Part shown: positions 13,318 through 26,896 of the stretch, in pieces
Numbering within the stretch: the first letter of the stretch is position 1
Layout: every line of letters begins with the position of its first letter
Assembly: GCF_018350175.1 (NCBI RefSeq)
Contig: NC_058368.1
Location: forward strand, 132,124,001 to 132,188,000
Length of the DNA stretch: 64,000 nucleotides
Reading direction: 5' to 3'
Source: Felis catus
Lineage: Eukaryota
Notes under the pieces: generated by a model
Told to the model about the DNA's origin: nothing
What the model saw: the letters and a program-made list of their open reading frames with translations, nothing else
The model's database searches: none
Made by a program: the position numbers and the translations under genes

Positions 13318-14369
13318 TTAGAGGCACATAAACAAGTGCAGAAACAGGCCAGTGAGGCTCCACGTTCATATCCAGCAAGGACCCCCTTGCACCAATCCAC
13401 CTTGGCTTCCACGTCCATGTGGTTTTTGTTTTTGTTTTTAAGCATACCCTGTATGGTACAGCCTACCAGAAACATTCTTTTGATATATTTTAACAAATTT
13501 TTTTAAAAAATGGTTGCAAGGCTTTTCTCCCAGACTTTTACAAGTATGGTGCATGCCCACTGTGTCTTGAAAGAATTACCATTTGTTGGGATAAGTGATC
13601 ACTTTAGACAGCTTGGAAACATGAGTCATTTTTCTTACAGCGCTTTTATTGCTTCTTTCTCAAGGGTTATTTTATTCAGCAGTGCAAGGTTATCCAAAAT
13701 CAAACATGAGTTGCATTGTTTGATAGCAAAGTACACATGTCTCCAGAGAATCTGTGCATCTGTGAGGCGTGGGGATGGGCCTGGGTGAATGAAAAGGATT
13801 GCTGACAGTGGCCTAGATTCAGCAACTACACTAGACAAAGAGGAAAACTTGGAGGGGTTGGCCTCAAATGGCAGCAGTCTGTGGGTTATGGAAACATGTA
13901 GAAATGTCTTTTTTTAATTTGGAAGTGAGACATGGCCTTCTTTTTTCCTATGTGTATTTTCTCCTCAGTGCTAGAACTGCCACAGTTGAGGTCTGCAGTT
14001 CTTGCAGCCAGAAGGTGAATAAATGATTCTTTCTCCATCTCCCCTTGAGACTGGTTGCAGAAGATGGGGTGAAGGGGCCAGTGTAGAGAAAGGGACACCG
14101 GCCTTTGATCCTCAGCACCCCTCTCACCCCCACATAACCCCACTGCTGCTAATAATGATATTCTTCTGTAGTCCTCTGGTCACTTTTATCTGGGGATTTT
14201 AAAATACTTTGTAAACCTAGTAATTAAATTTCCATATGCCTCCCAGAATCAAAGTTCCACCCTCACTTTTCCAGGTGGTTATACTGAAGCATCCTGGGTA
14301 AATTACTGAAGGTAATTAGAATCAGGCAGAACAGTGGGTGAAATTCAGTGTAACAGGACAGTTGTGTTG

Positions 14370-14397
14370 TTGCTTGCTTGCTTGCTTGCTTGCTTGC
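14370..14397. repeat. (TGCT)n microsatellite
   Basis: Direct reading. Confidence 0.9.
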
Positions 14398-14600
14398 TGG
14401 TTTATTTTCATGTTTTTTCCTGGCTTCAGAAATCCACTGAACACGTAAGAAATCATATACATGGTACATAAGCCATAAGATAAACCTGAGAAGTGACATG
14501 CAAAGGAATGGGCAAGCTTTCAGTTCTTATTACTGAAAAGTTAGGTAATAACGTTATAGACCTCACGTTCCAGGCTCTTTTAGGGAAAGACTTAAATTTT

Positions 14601-14935
14601 ATTTTATTTTATTTTATTTTATTTTATTTTATTTTATTTTATTTTATTTTATTTTATTTTATTTTTTTGTATTTATAATTCTGGTGGTTTATTGATGATA
14701 CATGTAGGTGTTTCATTTAATCATTATCAAGTTATAATTTTATCATTACACACAACTGATTGTTTTTAAAGTATCATGTATAGAAGACCCCTTAATCAAG
14801 GGGTAGAAGTGATATAGCTTCACCTCAAATCTATAATTGTACATACATGAATTAACCTTACATTGTTGGAATCTTCCTGGGGATGCCTAGTTCTACTAAA
14901 CACTATTCTTGACAATGTAAGTATTGCTTTATATT
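14601..14935 (-). pseudogene. 5'-truncated retrocopy of an unidentified polyadenylated RNA 3' end (or orphan L1 3' transduction)
   Basis: Perfect 15-bp TSD AAAGACTTAAATTTT (14586-14600, 14936-14950); TT|AAAA L1 site on the minus strand; AATAAA at 14693-14688, 19 nt before an A-rich (AAAAT)n tail at 14668-14601. Confidence 0.8.
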
Positions 14936-15391
14936 AAAGACTTAAATTTTAAACTGGAGTCCTCAATCATCTGCAAACCTAAGCTCTGCACCATCAAACT
15001 CCCTTACTCATGATTTGACTAGCAAAGAGTAATAGTCAGAATTTTGAGTAGAACATTTCCACAGTAGGATTCTCAATACATTTAAGTTTTGGCTGAAAGA
15101 AGGGAAGAGAGACAAGAAAAAATTCTTTAAACTGTGCACTAAAAAAAAAAGTCAGATGATTTTTGATGAATCAAGAATGAATTTGAGGTGAAAAGATCTC
15201 CACATATTTTAATTTGGAGGTCACTTTGTACTTTTTTTTCTTTTTCTCTCTGTCATGACCAGTAAAAGGCAATCAAAACAGGTTTAGACTAAGAATAATT
15301 GTGTAAAAAGAAAAAAAAAAGTGTTATCCATGTTACTAAGAGCGAGATTTTGTCAAGGGTCAAGGTAACGCAATTATTAAAATGATGAGAA

Positions 15392-15514
15392 GGGTGCCTG
15401 AGTGGTTCAATAGGTTCAGTGTCTGGCTCTTGATTTTGGTTCAGGTCATAATCTCATGATTCATGGGTTCCAGCCCTGCACTGGGCTCTGCACTGAGCGT
15501 GGAGCCTGCTTGGG

Positions 15515-15564
<50 letters not shown>

Positions 15565-15690
15565 CTCTGCCCCTTCCCCGTTCATGCATGCTCACTCTCT
15601 CTCTCTTTCTCTTAAAATAGATTTAAAATAATAAAATAAAATAAAATAAAATAAAATAAAATAAAATAAAATAAAATAAAATAAAATAAA
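15392..15690 (+). mobile_element. SINEC with long (CT)n and an (AAAAT)n tail
   Basis: Head gggtgcctgagtggttcaa; tail microsatellite ~15632-15690. Confidence 0.9.
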
Positions 15691-15899
15691 GAGAAAAGCT
15701 AATACAGTACCACTCATCTTTAATCTAAATCGTCTTCATGAAGCATCGGGCCAGCAGAGACCACCCCCCTCAAAATCTGCAGCAGCGCTTGGTGGGACAG
15801 CTTCAAGTACAAAGTAAATGTTAGCTTTGGTCTTCTTTGCCAAAATATAAAGATGATTTGGTTGACAGACAGATAGAGGAGGACTGGTTGCTTTAATAG

Positions 15900-16140
15900 T
15901 ACAAGGAAATAAGATTAGGGGCTAGACTGTTCCGGTTTAATCCTAGTTTTGTCATTTACTGGCTTTATGACTCTGAACAAATAGTTCAGCTTCTCTGTGC
16001 TGGAGCTGCCCCATCTCTAAACAGGGATGATGAGAGTTCTCCCTTCCACATGTAACATGTACATCCTGTGATGCCACTCAGAGCAGTGCACAGGATATCA
16101 GCACTTGATAAGTGTAAGATAGTGACTTAACTATTTTTGT
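15900..16140 (+). mobile_element. MIR remnant
   Basis: ggtttaatcctagttttgtcatttactggctttatgactctgaacaaatagttcagcttctctgtgc. Confidence 0.6.
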
Positions 16141-16799
16141 TACCACTGTTAGTTATTACCTCTTACCACCTAATGACAGTAAATTGCCCTCTGGCTTTCT
16201 CAATGAGGATGCAATATTTTGATTACTAGTGAGAAGGTGCTGTCCTATTGACACAAGTCAGTATTTTCTGGGGTGCAATTTTATTGGGAGACTCATCACT
16301 CCATTTTTGGAAGAGTTGCTGCTGGTCCAGGAAAATTCTGAGATGAGTAAAATACAAGCAAATTCACAGATTCTTCTTTTAGATTTAGACTTGGGAATCT
16401 GATTATAAACAGCAGATAATAAATAATGAATAAAAAATATTCATAAGTTGTTTCTCCCTCCAATCACCCCTCCATTCACCCATTTAGGCTATTACAAATC
16501 TAAGTCAGGATTCAGCAACTTAAGTGGGTGCTTGAAATGAGGGGACTCTCCTCAGTATGCCAAGGCCTAGAGCGCAGTATTTGGCCAGGAGCAGGGTGGA
16601 GCCTCGGGGTAGGCTAAAAACTGGCTGTGGGGTATCCCTCTCTGAAATTTCCAATACCCCTCTCAAGTTTGTTGTCAATTAAGTTGATTCCATCCAGCTT
16701 GATTGAAAGCAGGAAGTCATGTGGGTCCTGGGAGCAGAACCAAGCTTAGGGAGGTAGTGACTCTTTAGGAGTGCACCAGACTCGCCTGCACCAGAAGTA

Positions 16800-17055
16800 T
16801 AAAACAGTGGTGATGAGTGGCAGATCTGGAGTCGGCTGCGCCTGGGGGGTAAATTCTGGAGCTGCTACCTCCCAGTATTTGGTTGTCCTGGGCCAGGTTC
16901 CATCACCTCTCTAAGCCTCAGTTTCTTCATCTGTGAAGTAGAGACTGTGACAAGACCTGCTCACAGGATGTGGTGAGTGGGGCTCACATGGGTGCTTACA
17001 AAATGCATGGCCATGGCACCGCACAGAGAAAGCACTCAGCCTGTTAGCTCTGTTA
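16800..17055 (+). mobile_element. MIR remnant
   Basis: cacctctctaagcctcagtttcttcatctgtgaa core. Confidence 0.7.
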
Positions 17056-17849
17056 CAATTTTCACCAACACATCTGCCTCTGAGATCAACCACCATGTAC
17101 TGTTTCTCTGGGATCCCTGTCAAAATGTGCATTAGGCTCTCAGGAAGGGTTACACACTGGCATGCATAAGCAAATTAACAAAAAGATATTAAACAGAGAG
17201 CAGGTAAATCATGATGAGAGAGATGGGGAAAAGGCAACACTGGGGACTCCAAGGCTGGGACCTTGGGCCTTGATGAGACATTCAAGTGGAGACACTGGGG
17301 CTGTGTGAGGACACAGAGCCTGGAGTGTGGGGAGCTCTCCCAAAGGAGGGCCCCAGTGGAAGCTCCTGTTCCTACTTCTTGGTTTTGCCTTCTAAAGACT
17401 GCCTAGATAAGAAGAATCAGCCTTTGCACTCATGGAAATTATTTATCAGAGAAGGTAACCATAACTGGTCTTTCATTCTCTTAGTCTTTTAAAGCCACAA
17501 GCGCTTAATCCAATAACAATCATCATGTTAAAAATAATGTATCACATGCCTCCTATGTACCAGGAAATGCCCGTGGTTTTATATATTTATATATTGAACG
17601 CTTTTATGTATAATAAAACATCAGGTTTATACAGATGGCAAGACTGAAGCTCACAGAGGTTAGGACACCCATGCTTGTCACCCAGGTAGTCAGTTTAAGA
17701 GCTGGGGTTAGGATGCTCGGCATGAAACTGCAAAAAAATTTCTACCTGTAAGGCAGACCCTTGTCAACCCTTGGTGACATCATCATCAGAAACGCTTTGA
17801 TCAGCATCATCATGCTCTGCCACCACGGAAAAAGGGGAATTTTTAACAA

Positions 17850-18410
17850 ATATTTTATTTTTAAGCAATCTCTATACCCAGCCTGGGGCTCGAACTCACA
17901 ACCCCCAAAACAAGAGTAGCATGCTCCACCAAGTGGATCAAGTGAGGCCCCTGGAGAAGGGGACTTCTTTTTTCTTAATTTTTTTTTATATTTATTTATT
18001 TTTGAGAAACAGAGTGACAAAGTGTGAGCGGGGGAGGGGCAGACAGAGAGGGAGACACAGAATCTGAAGCAAGCTCCAGGCTCTGAGCTAACGGTCAGCA
18101 CAGAGCCTGATGTGGGGCCTGAACCCACAAACTGTGAGATCATGATCTGAGCCGAAGTCAGACGCTCAACCGACTGAGCCACCCAGGCGCCCCGGGGACT
18201 TTTTTTTTTTTAATGTTTATTTATTTTTGAGAGAGAGAGAGAAACTGCGAGTAGGGGAGGGATAGAAAGGGAGGTTGACACAGAATCCAAAGCAGGCTTC
18301 AGTCTCTGAGCTGTCAGCACAGAGCCCTAAGCGAGGATAGACCCACAAATTGCGGGATCACAACCTGAGTCAAAGTCAGACACTTAACCGACTGAGCCAC
18401 CCAGGTGTCC
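17850..18410 (-). mobile_element. Cluster of three SINECs (~17850-17952, ~17968-18193, ~18200-18410)
   Basis: Three reverse-complement heads with T-rich tails. Confidence 0.9.
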
Positions 18411-18788
18411 CAGGCAAATGTTTTTTAAAAGCAGTTCTAGGTCACAGGTATTCAAAATGGCATGAATGCTTTTCTTCGGCTTTACTGTCCTCCTTCAATT
18501 GTGTAAAATGACATGAGTGGAAGGTGATTTGAGTTGCACCATGGAGTTTTAAAGCTCCACTATTACAGAAAGCTGAACATAATCTTAAATATATTAGTAG
18601 CAGTATTAAATTATACTGGGGCATTCAGCCCATCTGCCACTTTTTTTTAGCTTACCTAGAGAGGACTGATGTGTTGAGCTCTTGGACTGACTCATTGACA
18701 TTCTGCTCATGTAGTCAAGAAGACTTTAATTACAAAAATTATTCACTAGTCTGCTTCATTCTCAAAGCCATTAAAAATATGAAATAAT

Positions 18789-18878
18789 GTAAGTGATGAG
18801 TCACTAAATTCTATACCCGAAACTAATATTACATTGTATGTTAACTAACTGGAATTTAAATAAAAACTTGGAAAAACA
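18789..18878 (+). mobile_element. Extremely 5'-truncated carnivore L1 3' end
   Basis: gatgagtcactaaattctatacccgaaactaatattacattgtatgttaactaactggaatttaaataaaaac; TSD core ATGAAATAAT (18779-18788, 18879-18888) after TT|AAAA. Confidence 0.8.
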
Positions 18879-21367
18879 ATGAAATAATCTCACCCTTGAG
18901 CCAATACACAGTACAGATCACATTTGTGGTAAAACCATTCTGGAAAAGTTGTACATAAATTAAACCACGGTTTCCCATTGAAATCAAAACAATAATAAAT
19001 GTTCTGTTTTAGTTTCTGAATGATCTTCAGTATGTGCTGATTTCTAGCTAATCTCTAAAATATCTAATAATTAAAAGTTTCTCTATACTTAAGTAATACA
19101 TAACCTGTAAATAAACTATTCTACTAGGACACCTATGAAAAGGAATCCTTTAGTAAGAATCTTTTTGTAACATGATTACCCTGTAATTAATCTATTTGGA
19201 AGGTTTTGTCTTGACTATCATATTTTCTTCGTGTAGATACACTTATATGTATTGCTTTTGAAGTAGTGGTATCTAAGCCAGCAGGGTCAAGCATTTTAAG
19301 GTGAAGGCTTAATTTTCTCTTCTGCTCTCATCATGTACCAGCTAAGTACTCTCCTGGGAAGAGAAAGAAAAGACACTTACTCTACCTTTTCTCTTGTGAG
19401 GCCATTGGAAGGGTGAGAGGTCCTTACTGTGTGGCTTCCAGGGAATATTTTGTGGGCCTAACTAGTCTCTCCTTTTTTTGCATCCTACCTGTCCCTGAAA
19501 ACAAAATTTCACTTTACCCAAGTCCAAAGATTTCTAGTGGGGAAGGCAATTTGTGGGGTATTCCTACATTTTTCTCAGGGACGCTTGGGAATATATTAAG
19601 GGCTGAAAGCCAACCCCTAGGCCCTGTGATATGAGCCAGACCCATAAGTAACCTGCCAGGTATGCAAGAGTGGGTCTCACTGGTAATCTGGGTTTTGGTA
19701 GACTTGAATGATAAAATAAGACAACCTGTTTCATGGCAACACATGAATCTACTTATCACTGATGTGCCAGTGGGTTTTTCCACAGGTGCTTTACATTAAT
19801 CTTTCAAATCTTCGACCCAAAAGACATGATTTCAAAACACTCACAGTGAACAGAGGCTTATGAATTTAGGATGCAATTGGATTCAGATTCATTGTGACTT
19901 TGAAGGCTTCACTTGGTCCAAGGAACACAAGAGCAACTCCTGAAATGCTGTGCTCTTGCATTCATTTCCTGAAACGTCACACAGCCTGGCTAAATTGTAT
20001 CGTTGGAGTGACCTGGGGTATACAGGGACATATCCTTTCATGACCAGGTCGGACCATTCAGCATCCTTTTTTGGCGAATGCATGCCCTGTGTGCCCATAA
20101 ACTCTTTATGAGGTTTAGAGGAACACAGTAAGTAGACAGTTATGACTTAAGCACCTTAGGGTCTATCTTTTGGATTACAAAAGTACAACCAGCTGTGCCT
20201 CTGTCAAACTGCCCAGAAGATGCAGAGCCTAGTGAGAAGTGAGATGGCAAAGGCTGTACGTGTGAATGTGTGGGTGAGGGATGTGAACTCAGTATTTCTT
20301 CTGAAAAAATTGCCCTTGATATTCTACATATTCAGACTGGAAAAGGGTGAAATAATAAGTTTCATTTGGGGACCTGACATTATTCATTGCAACGGGAACA
20401 GTCCAGCAACTTTTCATCCTTGAACAAGGTGGTATCAACTACGAAACTTGATTCCAATGTCATCTTACCATGGGCTAAGCCATTACTTTTTCTCTTTGCT
20501 TCCTCAGTTTCTTTTTTCCCAGTCTTATTCCCTGAAAGCCACCCACATTCATCCTCAAGGTGATATAATCCCAGCACAAATCCCAGGGTTCCCTGTAAAC
20601 CAGAGAGCCAGGAATGTGAACCTGAGTGGTAAGGTGCATTATGAGCTCTTTAAAATGGCAAAGGGAAAAAAAACCCTACTCTTCCTCACCTCCTTCAACT
20701 CAGAATCTTCAAATGACCTTCATTGTTCCTTTCACTGGTTTTAATACAATGGGCACCACTTTAAATCTCAAGTCCAGTAGTTGTTTTGTTCTGGAGGTCC
20801 TATGAGGTTTCTGGAGCTGCTCAGGCTTTCTCCAAGTCATTCACTTGAGGGACACTGAGACCAACCAAAGCCACTACTAGCCTAGGTTGGTAAACCAATG
20901 TACACTAACCACGCCTTTTCTGGGTTGGTTACCAGCTCAGGGCACACCATGAATTATTAGCTGGCAGCAATAAATACTAGCTGACAGATTGCCTTGTACT
21001 ATTGAGAGACAGAAAAGACTCACCATATAAACTACAAGGGAACCTGAAACTGCATAAAGATGAATAAAATGGCATTTGGGATAGAATTTCAGGTAAGCTT
21101 GAGTAGGCTAGTCCCAGCTGCCAGATGTACTTTAAAAAATTACTCAGAGTGGTACTTCAGATGCAGTGATACCCAGTGTGTCTAAAATTCACTCCCAGCA
21201 GCAACACAGTGTTATCCTCATCATGGGCAGTCTGTCAAATTCAAGCCTATAATGCTTTAACCCTTCACTGAAGCCTTATAAGAATTAAATACTAAAGCAG
21301 ACGTTGGATATGGCAAATTTTATCTCCCTTCTTCCTTCTCCTAGTCCCGTCTTACTATTTACTATTT

Positions 21368-21380
21368 ACTTTTTTTTTTT

Positions 21381-21422
<42 letters not shown>

Positions 21423-21572
21423 CATGAGCAGGCAAAGGGCAGAGAGACAGAAGATCTGAAGTCAGCTCTGTGCTGACAGCAGAGAGGCTGTGGGGTTCAA
21501 ACTCACGAACCACGAGATCATAACCTGAGCCAAAGTCGGACATTTAATTGACTGAGTCACCCAGGTGCCCCT
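21368..21572 (-). mobile_element. SINEC
   Basis: Poly-T, (GA)n, reverse head. Confidence 0.9.
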
Positions 21573-21949
21573 GACTATTTACTTTTAATATCTTGATGTT
21601 CCACTTCCGAATTTCTCTTATTATTCTTTGTTGTCTTAACCTCACTCCATTTCTTCAATCTCTTTCCATTGTTTATTTTATTTTTATTTTTAAAAATCTT
21701 ACTCAAATTCCATTATTTTATTATGGCATTTGGGGATGAATGTATTTTTAACTTCCCTATAGAAGCCTAACTGCCTTACCGTGATTTATAGTATCCAGAA
21801 ACCAAAATCTACATGGGAGTCATAGTGGATACCTCCAAATCTCTTATCCCTGTGTCTAACTGTTCATCAGGTTCTTTTTATTCTCCCTTCCATTTTATTC
21901 TTTTTTTCCAATTAATTACTCCCCTTTTGATTTATACTCTATCTACTTT

Positions 21950-22560
21950 AATTCAAGCTTTCATCATCTCAAGCCTGGACACTTAGAATAACGTTCTAAC
22001 TCTTCCTCCACACAAAGTTGACCTCCCTCTGCCCCTCCACACTGCTGCCACCCTGAGCATGTCACTCTTCAATTTCCTTCGCTTATTCCCTAGAACTTAA
22101 GAGTCCTAACTGCCTTCCACGGCATTCAGGGCCCTCCAAAACCAAATCCCTGACTCTCTCTCTTTGTAGCCACATCTCCACTACCTCTCATCTGCCAACC
22201 CACTGCACCCATACTGAACTACCTCCATGCCCTGATGACTGAATACACACGTCCTCTGCCAGGAATCCCAGCATCTCCATGTGTTCTTGGCAAATTGTTT
22301 CATACCTTCCAGTGCCCTACTCAAGCTTGTCTTCTCCACGATGCTTCTACTGATTACCCCTCTTCTGTGTACTCATGGTAATTTCTTTCTACCCTGTTAG
22401 AGTACTGCCTATACTGTGAAAATTATTTGTCCCCACCCCTGCTAAACTGTGCTCCCTTTGAGGACAAAGACCTTGTCATATTTCTTTCATAGTCTCAGTG
22501 CCTGGCCCTTTGTCTTGCTGGCCCTGGCTTGCTAAGTAAATAATAATGGTTGGGTGAATG
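21950..22560. mobile_element. L2 remnant
   Basis: catcatctcaagcctggac...ctccacactgctgcc...ctaaactgtgctccctttgaggacaaagacc...tcagtgcctggc motifs. Confidence 0.6.
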
Positions 22561-24199
22561 GAGGACATTATTTAAAAGCCATTACCTTGAGGGATGGACA
22601 GATAGATATATATGTGATAAATCAGCTCAGGAAAATGTTAATGTTGGAATCCAGATAGTGGGTGTTCATTGTAAAATTCTTTCAACATGGCTGTTACATT
22701 TGAAATGTTTTATTATTTTCATAATAAAAGGTTAGAAGGAGAACCAATTCCTAAACTGTGGTTGTTAAAACAATTCTCAAGATTCTATCAATGGTCCATT
22801 TCACCCATAGAGACCCCATTAAAAAACTGTATTTTAGATCCCAAGGGATCTCCCTTGGTCCAACTCTGTCTTGGGGTAGACCTGAACTGGTTTCACAGTA
22901 GCCTCCCACTAAGAGTCAAGAGAAGGGGAATAGGAAGTCCTCTTTCAACCTCCTGCAGCAACCAGAGCTTACTCCTTCCCTTACTACCAGATTTCCCTCC
23001 CAACTCTCCGTTAGCAACAGGCATTTCTTTTCTCCCTGACCTGATTCCCAGAAGCCATATTAGATTACTCTTACATTACTTTCATGTAAGAGCCTCTTCT
23101 CTTTTGAAATCCATATTATCTGTCCATTTCATATCTCTGTTAATGATAACTTACAATTTAATTCAACTGTTTCATCCTCTTTTCCCAGGGTATACATGGG
23201 TTATTTTTCCAAGTACACATTACAGCAGGTTCACAGATCACTTAGTCTATGAAGCTGCCTTGATCTAAAAAGTTAAAGTCACTTGTCTTCCATTTGAACT
23301 TTTAGCACCGTGTCAACTGCTCCACATAACACCTTCTACCTTCCTTCTTTTTCTTTTTTTTTTTTTTTTAAATATCTTCCATGTAAGAATATGAACTTAC
23401 AAATGCATTTGAATTTTCCATAATGAATGGAAGAGGCTGGCCACAGCAAGCATTCAATAATTAGTTGCCGATGAAATGAACAGATAGTTTCAGGTATTTA
23501 AATGTATTCAACATATGCTACTGGGAAGCCAAAGAGAACACAAAACAAGTTATGACAGACATATCCACTTTAAATCTAATTTTGTAAGAGAGTGATCCTC
23601 TTTCTTTTCAATGACTCAGCAGCTTTAGGGACTAACAGTTCTAAGATTAGTCATATTTTGCAGGATTAATAATTTCCTAAAAGTTTCCTTCTTTACTAAA
23701 TGGGCTAAAAATTCTGTCTTGACTGCTTACTTCAAATTAATATTAATGAAAAGTGATTTGGCCAGGCAGATTAAATGACCATGAGGTGCTTCTACAAATA
23801 ATTTAAGAAACCTCAGATTAACACCTATCTATTTTAAGAGAATTTCTTTAAGGCAGAAATAAGTCCAGTTACAAATGATATTTTGCCCACTCTGAAAACT
23901 TTGCATCACCAGCTATGACGCTTCTGTATAATAACTAACCACTACAGAAAAGTTTTCGGAGAAATCACTAAAGTGACTAAAATAAAGTTACATACATAAT
24001 TTCAACATCTACATTGCTGTGAGCATGTTAAAAAACCAATTCTTTCAGCAATGACTAAGCCTGAATCTACTGAATCAGGATGATGGTCATGCTAGAAAGA
24101 GTTGCTACTTCATAACCAGAAGCTCTGTTTTCATGTTAAAATACCCTACTTAATAAGTGAATTAAGAATAGCATAAAAATGTAGTTGAAACTGACATGT

Positions 24200-24460
24200 C
24201 CTTGGGCTCTGCCAAATCTCAGTTCAAATCCTGCGTCTACCACTTTCTAGTCTTATCATTTGGGCAAGTCACTATCCCTCTCTGTGCCTCAGTTTCCTCA
24301 TCAGTAATACCAACTCTTGGACGGTTGCTGACATAATTATAACATGCGTGTGTGCGTACACACACACACAGAGATATTTATGTATATGAGATATATAAGG
24401 TGGATAATAAATATAAAGGGCCTACCCATAATACCCAATACAGAGTAATTTAATATGATA
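24200..24460 (+). mobile_element. MIR remnant with internal (TG)/(CA) repeat
   Basis: gttcaaatcctgcgtctaccact...gggcaagtcact...ctctgtgcctcagtttcctcatc. Confidence 0.7.
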
Positions 24461-24974
24461 GTTATATCCTCTTTTCCACCTCAACCTTTTATCTTCCAAC
24501 TCAGAAAGAAAAACAGACCTTCAGACCTATGTGATTGACTGCTAATAATTTATAATGGATAAACAATTTATAATTGTTTGATGCAGTCTTACACAAGACA
24601 GATATTTTTATTTAGATTATTTAAAAGAGATTGTTTTGCTAAGGAAAATACTTAGGTTTATCATGGATTTTGAGTCCTTCTCAAGAGAAGAAAAGCTCAA
24701 TTTCTAGAATGACCATTACCGAAGGGACAAAAAAGTAGATGACATCAGAGCCACAGATTTTGCAAATTAAAATTATGATTTTGAATTAATGTACAATAAG
24801 GCCATACTTATCTGAAACAGTAAATTATACAAAAAAGATTTCATGTTGAGGCTTAGATATAAAAACCGGTACATTTGCAAAATAATTTCTCTGTATCCTG
24901 TCATACAAGATGATTGCTCTTCCTAAAATAAAATATCTAAGGAAATATTTTAAAATAGTGAATGTAATTAAAAA

Positions 24975-25127
24975 ACTTTTTTTCAATGTTTATTTAGTTT
25001 TGTGAGTGTGAATAGGGGAGGGGCAGAGAGAGAGGGAGACACAGAATACAAAGCAGGCTCCAGGCTCTGAGCTGTCAGCACAGAGCCGAAGTCAGATGCT
25101 TAACTGACTGAACCACCCAGGTGCCCC
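24975..25127 (-). mobile_element. SINEC with internal deletion; 16-bp TSD AATAGTGAATGTAATT
   Basis: cagagcc|gaagtcaga junction skips the B-box segment. Confidence 0.85.
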
Positions 25128-25194
25128 AATAGTGAATGTAATTTTTTTAAAAAATCCTTTAAGTTGGAGAAATTTAGTCAAAAGGAATAGATCT

Positions 25195-25417
25195 TTTTTT
25201 TATAATGTTTTTTTCAACATTTATTTATTTTTGGGACAGAGAGAGACAGAGCATGAACGGGGGAGGGGCAGAGAGAGAGGGAGACACAGAATCGGAAACA
25301 GGCTCCAGGCTCTGAGCCATCAGCCCAGAGCCTGACGCGGGGCTCGAACTCACGGACGGTGAGATCGTGACCTGGCTGAAGTCGGACGCTTAACCGACTG
25401 CGCCACCCAGGCGCCCC
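25195..25417 (-). mobile_element. Young Felis-type SINEC (SINEC_Fc-like)
   Basis: Diagnostic GTGGCGCAGTCGG, CAGCCAGGTCACG, GGGCTGATGG, TGTCCCAAAAAT; CpGs largely intact; TSD GAATAGATCT. Confidence 0.92.
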
Positions 25418-25831
25418 AGAATAGATCTCTTTTTAATAGGCTCATGAGCACATAATTTTCATTTGAAAAATATTAACAAATTATTTTCAGGATAGTTCTC
25501 TACTTCTGTTTTAAGCAGAGCCCCATAACCAGGTTTCTTACATAATTTAAATTAGTGGTTCCAGATGTTCTTGTGCATTTATTTGGGCATGCCTCTATTT
25601 TCATGTGGCAAGGCAGTCTGAATTTCCTGACTATGCCATATTTGTCTCTATATTTCCCATGATTTCTGTTGTAGTGCCGCTTACATAGTGGCATTCAGGA
25701 AATTTTAAATGAATGCCTAACTGAATAAGCAAAGTATACTTGTTTAAATAAGATATAAGAAAATTCAGGATTTGGGCTGGCAACTGCTATTAATAAACAG
25801 ATTTCCCAATACATAAGAAAGAGAAATTTCA

Positions 25832-26039
25832 GGGGCACCTGGGCAGCTCAGTCGGTTAAGCGTCCAACTGGGCTCAGGTCATGATTTCATGGTTCGTGGG
25901 TTTGAGCCCCGTGTCAGCTGTGCTGACAGCTCAGAGCCTGGAGCCTGCTTTGGATTCTGTGCCTCCCTCTGTCTCTGCCCCTTCCCCGCTCATGCTCTGT
26001 CTCTACTCTCAAAAATAAATAAACATTAAAAAAAATTCA
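25832..26039 (+). mobile_element. SINEC; 18-bp TSD AAGAAAGAGAAATTTCAG
   Basis: Full body; direct repeats at 25815-25832 and 26040-26057. Confidence 0.92.
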
Positions 26040-26533
26040 AAGAAAGAGAAATTTCAGAGCATAAAGACCTTTGTATTCCTCTATAAACAGCTATATAATT
26101 ATCTTTTTCTTCTTTTCTACAATAAGAAAACTAGCATTTGAAATAAATAGTTTCAAATATATGCTTTCATTATATGTACAACAAGCATGAATTTTAATCT
26201 TCATGATGGTAGAGATCCATTGTTAAATCCAAAAGAAACAGAAAAGAAACAGAACTTTAAATTCAAAGTGTGGTTCATTAGACATCATCTCTGTATTTCT
26301 GGCACAAGTCAAACATAGAATGCTAGGTCAAACACAGACCTTAGAGGTTACTTACTCCAATCTCTCATTATAAAGATAAGCTAATTTAGCTCCAGAAAGG
26401 TTAAGTGACTTAACAAGGTCAGGTAGTCAGGGAAAAAAATACAGGTTTCCTTATCACATATCCAGTACACATGCAACTTTCACAAATGCTCTACATGAAC
26501 TATACTACAACAGTGGCTTTATGGGGCTCCTCA

Positions 26534-26896
<363 letters not shown>

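Noticed and set aside
17742..18182. Recurrent ORFs with WVAQ/SAQVMIS/LSLSLS or ERERER peptides
   Set aside because: Translations of SINEC bodies and (CT)n tracts, not genes.
22687..23268. Longest ORF in the track (193 aa, + strand)
   Set aside because: No recognisable domain, Leu/Ser/Pro-rich composition, starts in an old L1-like remnant, no splice or promoter support; likely chance.
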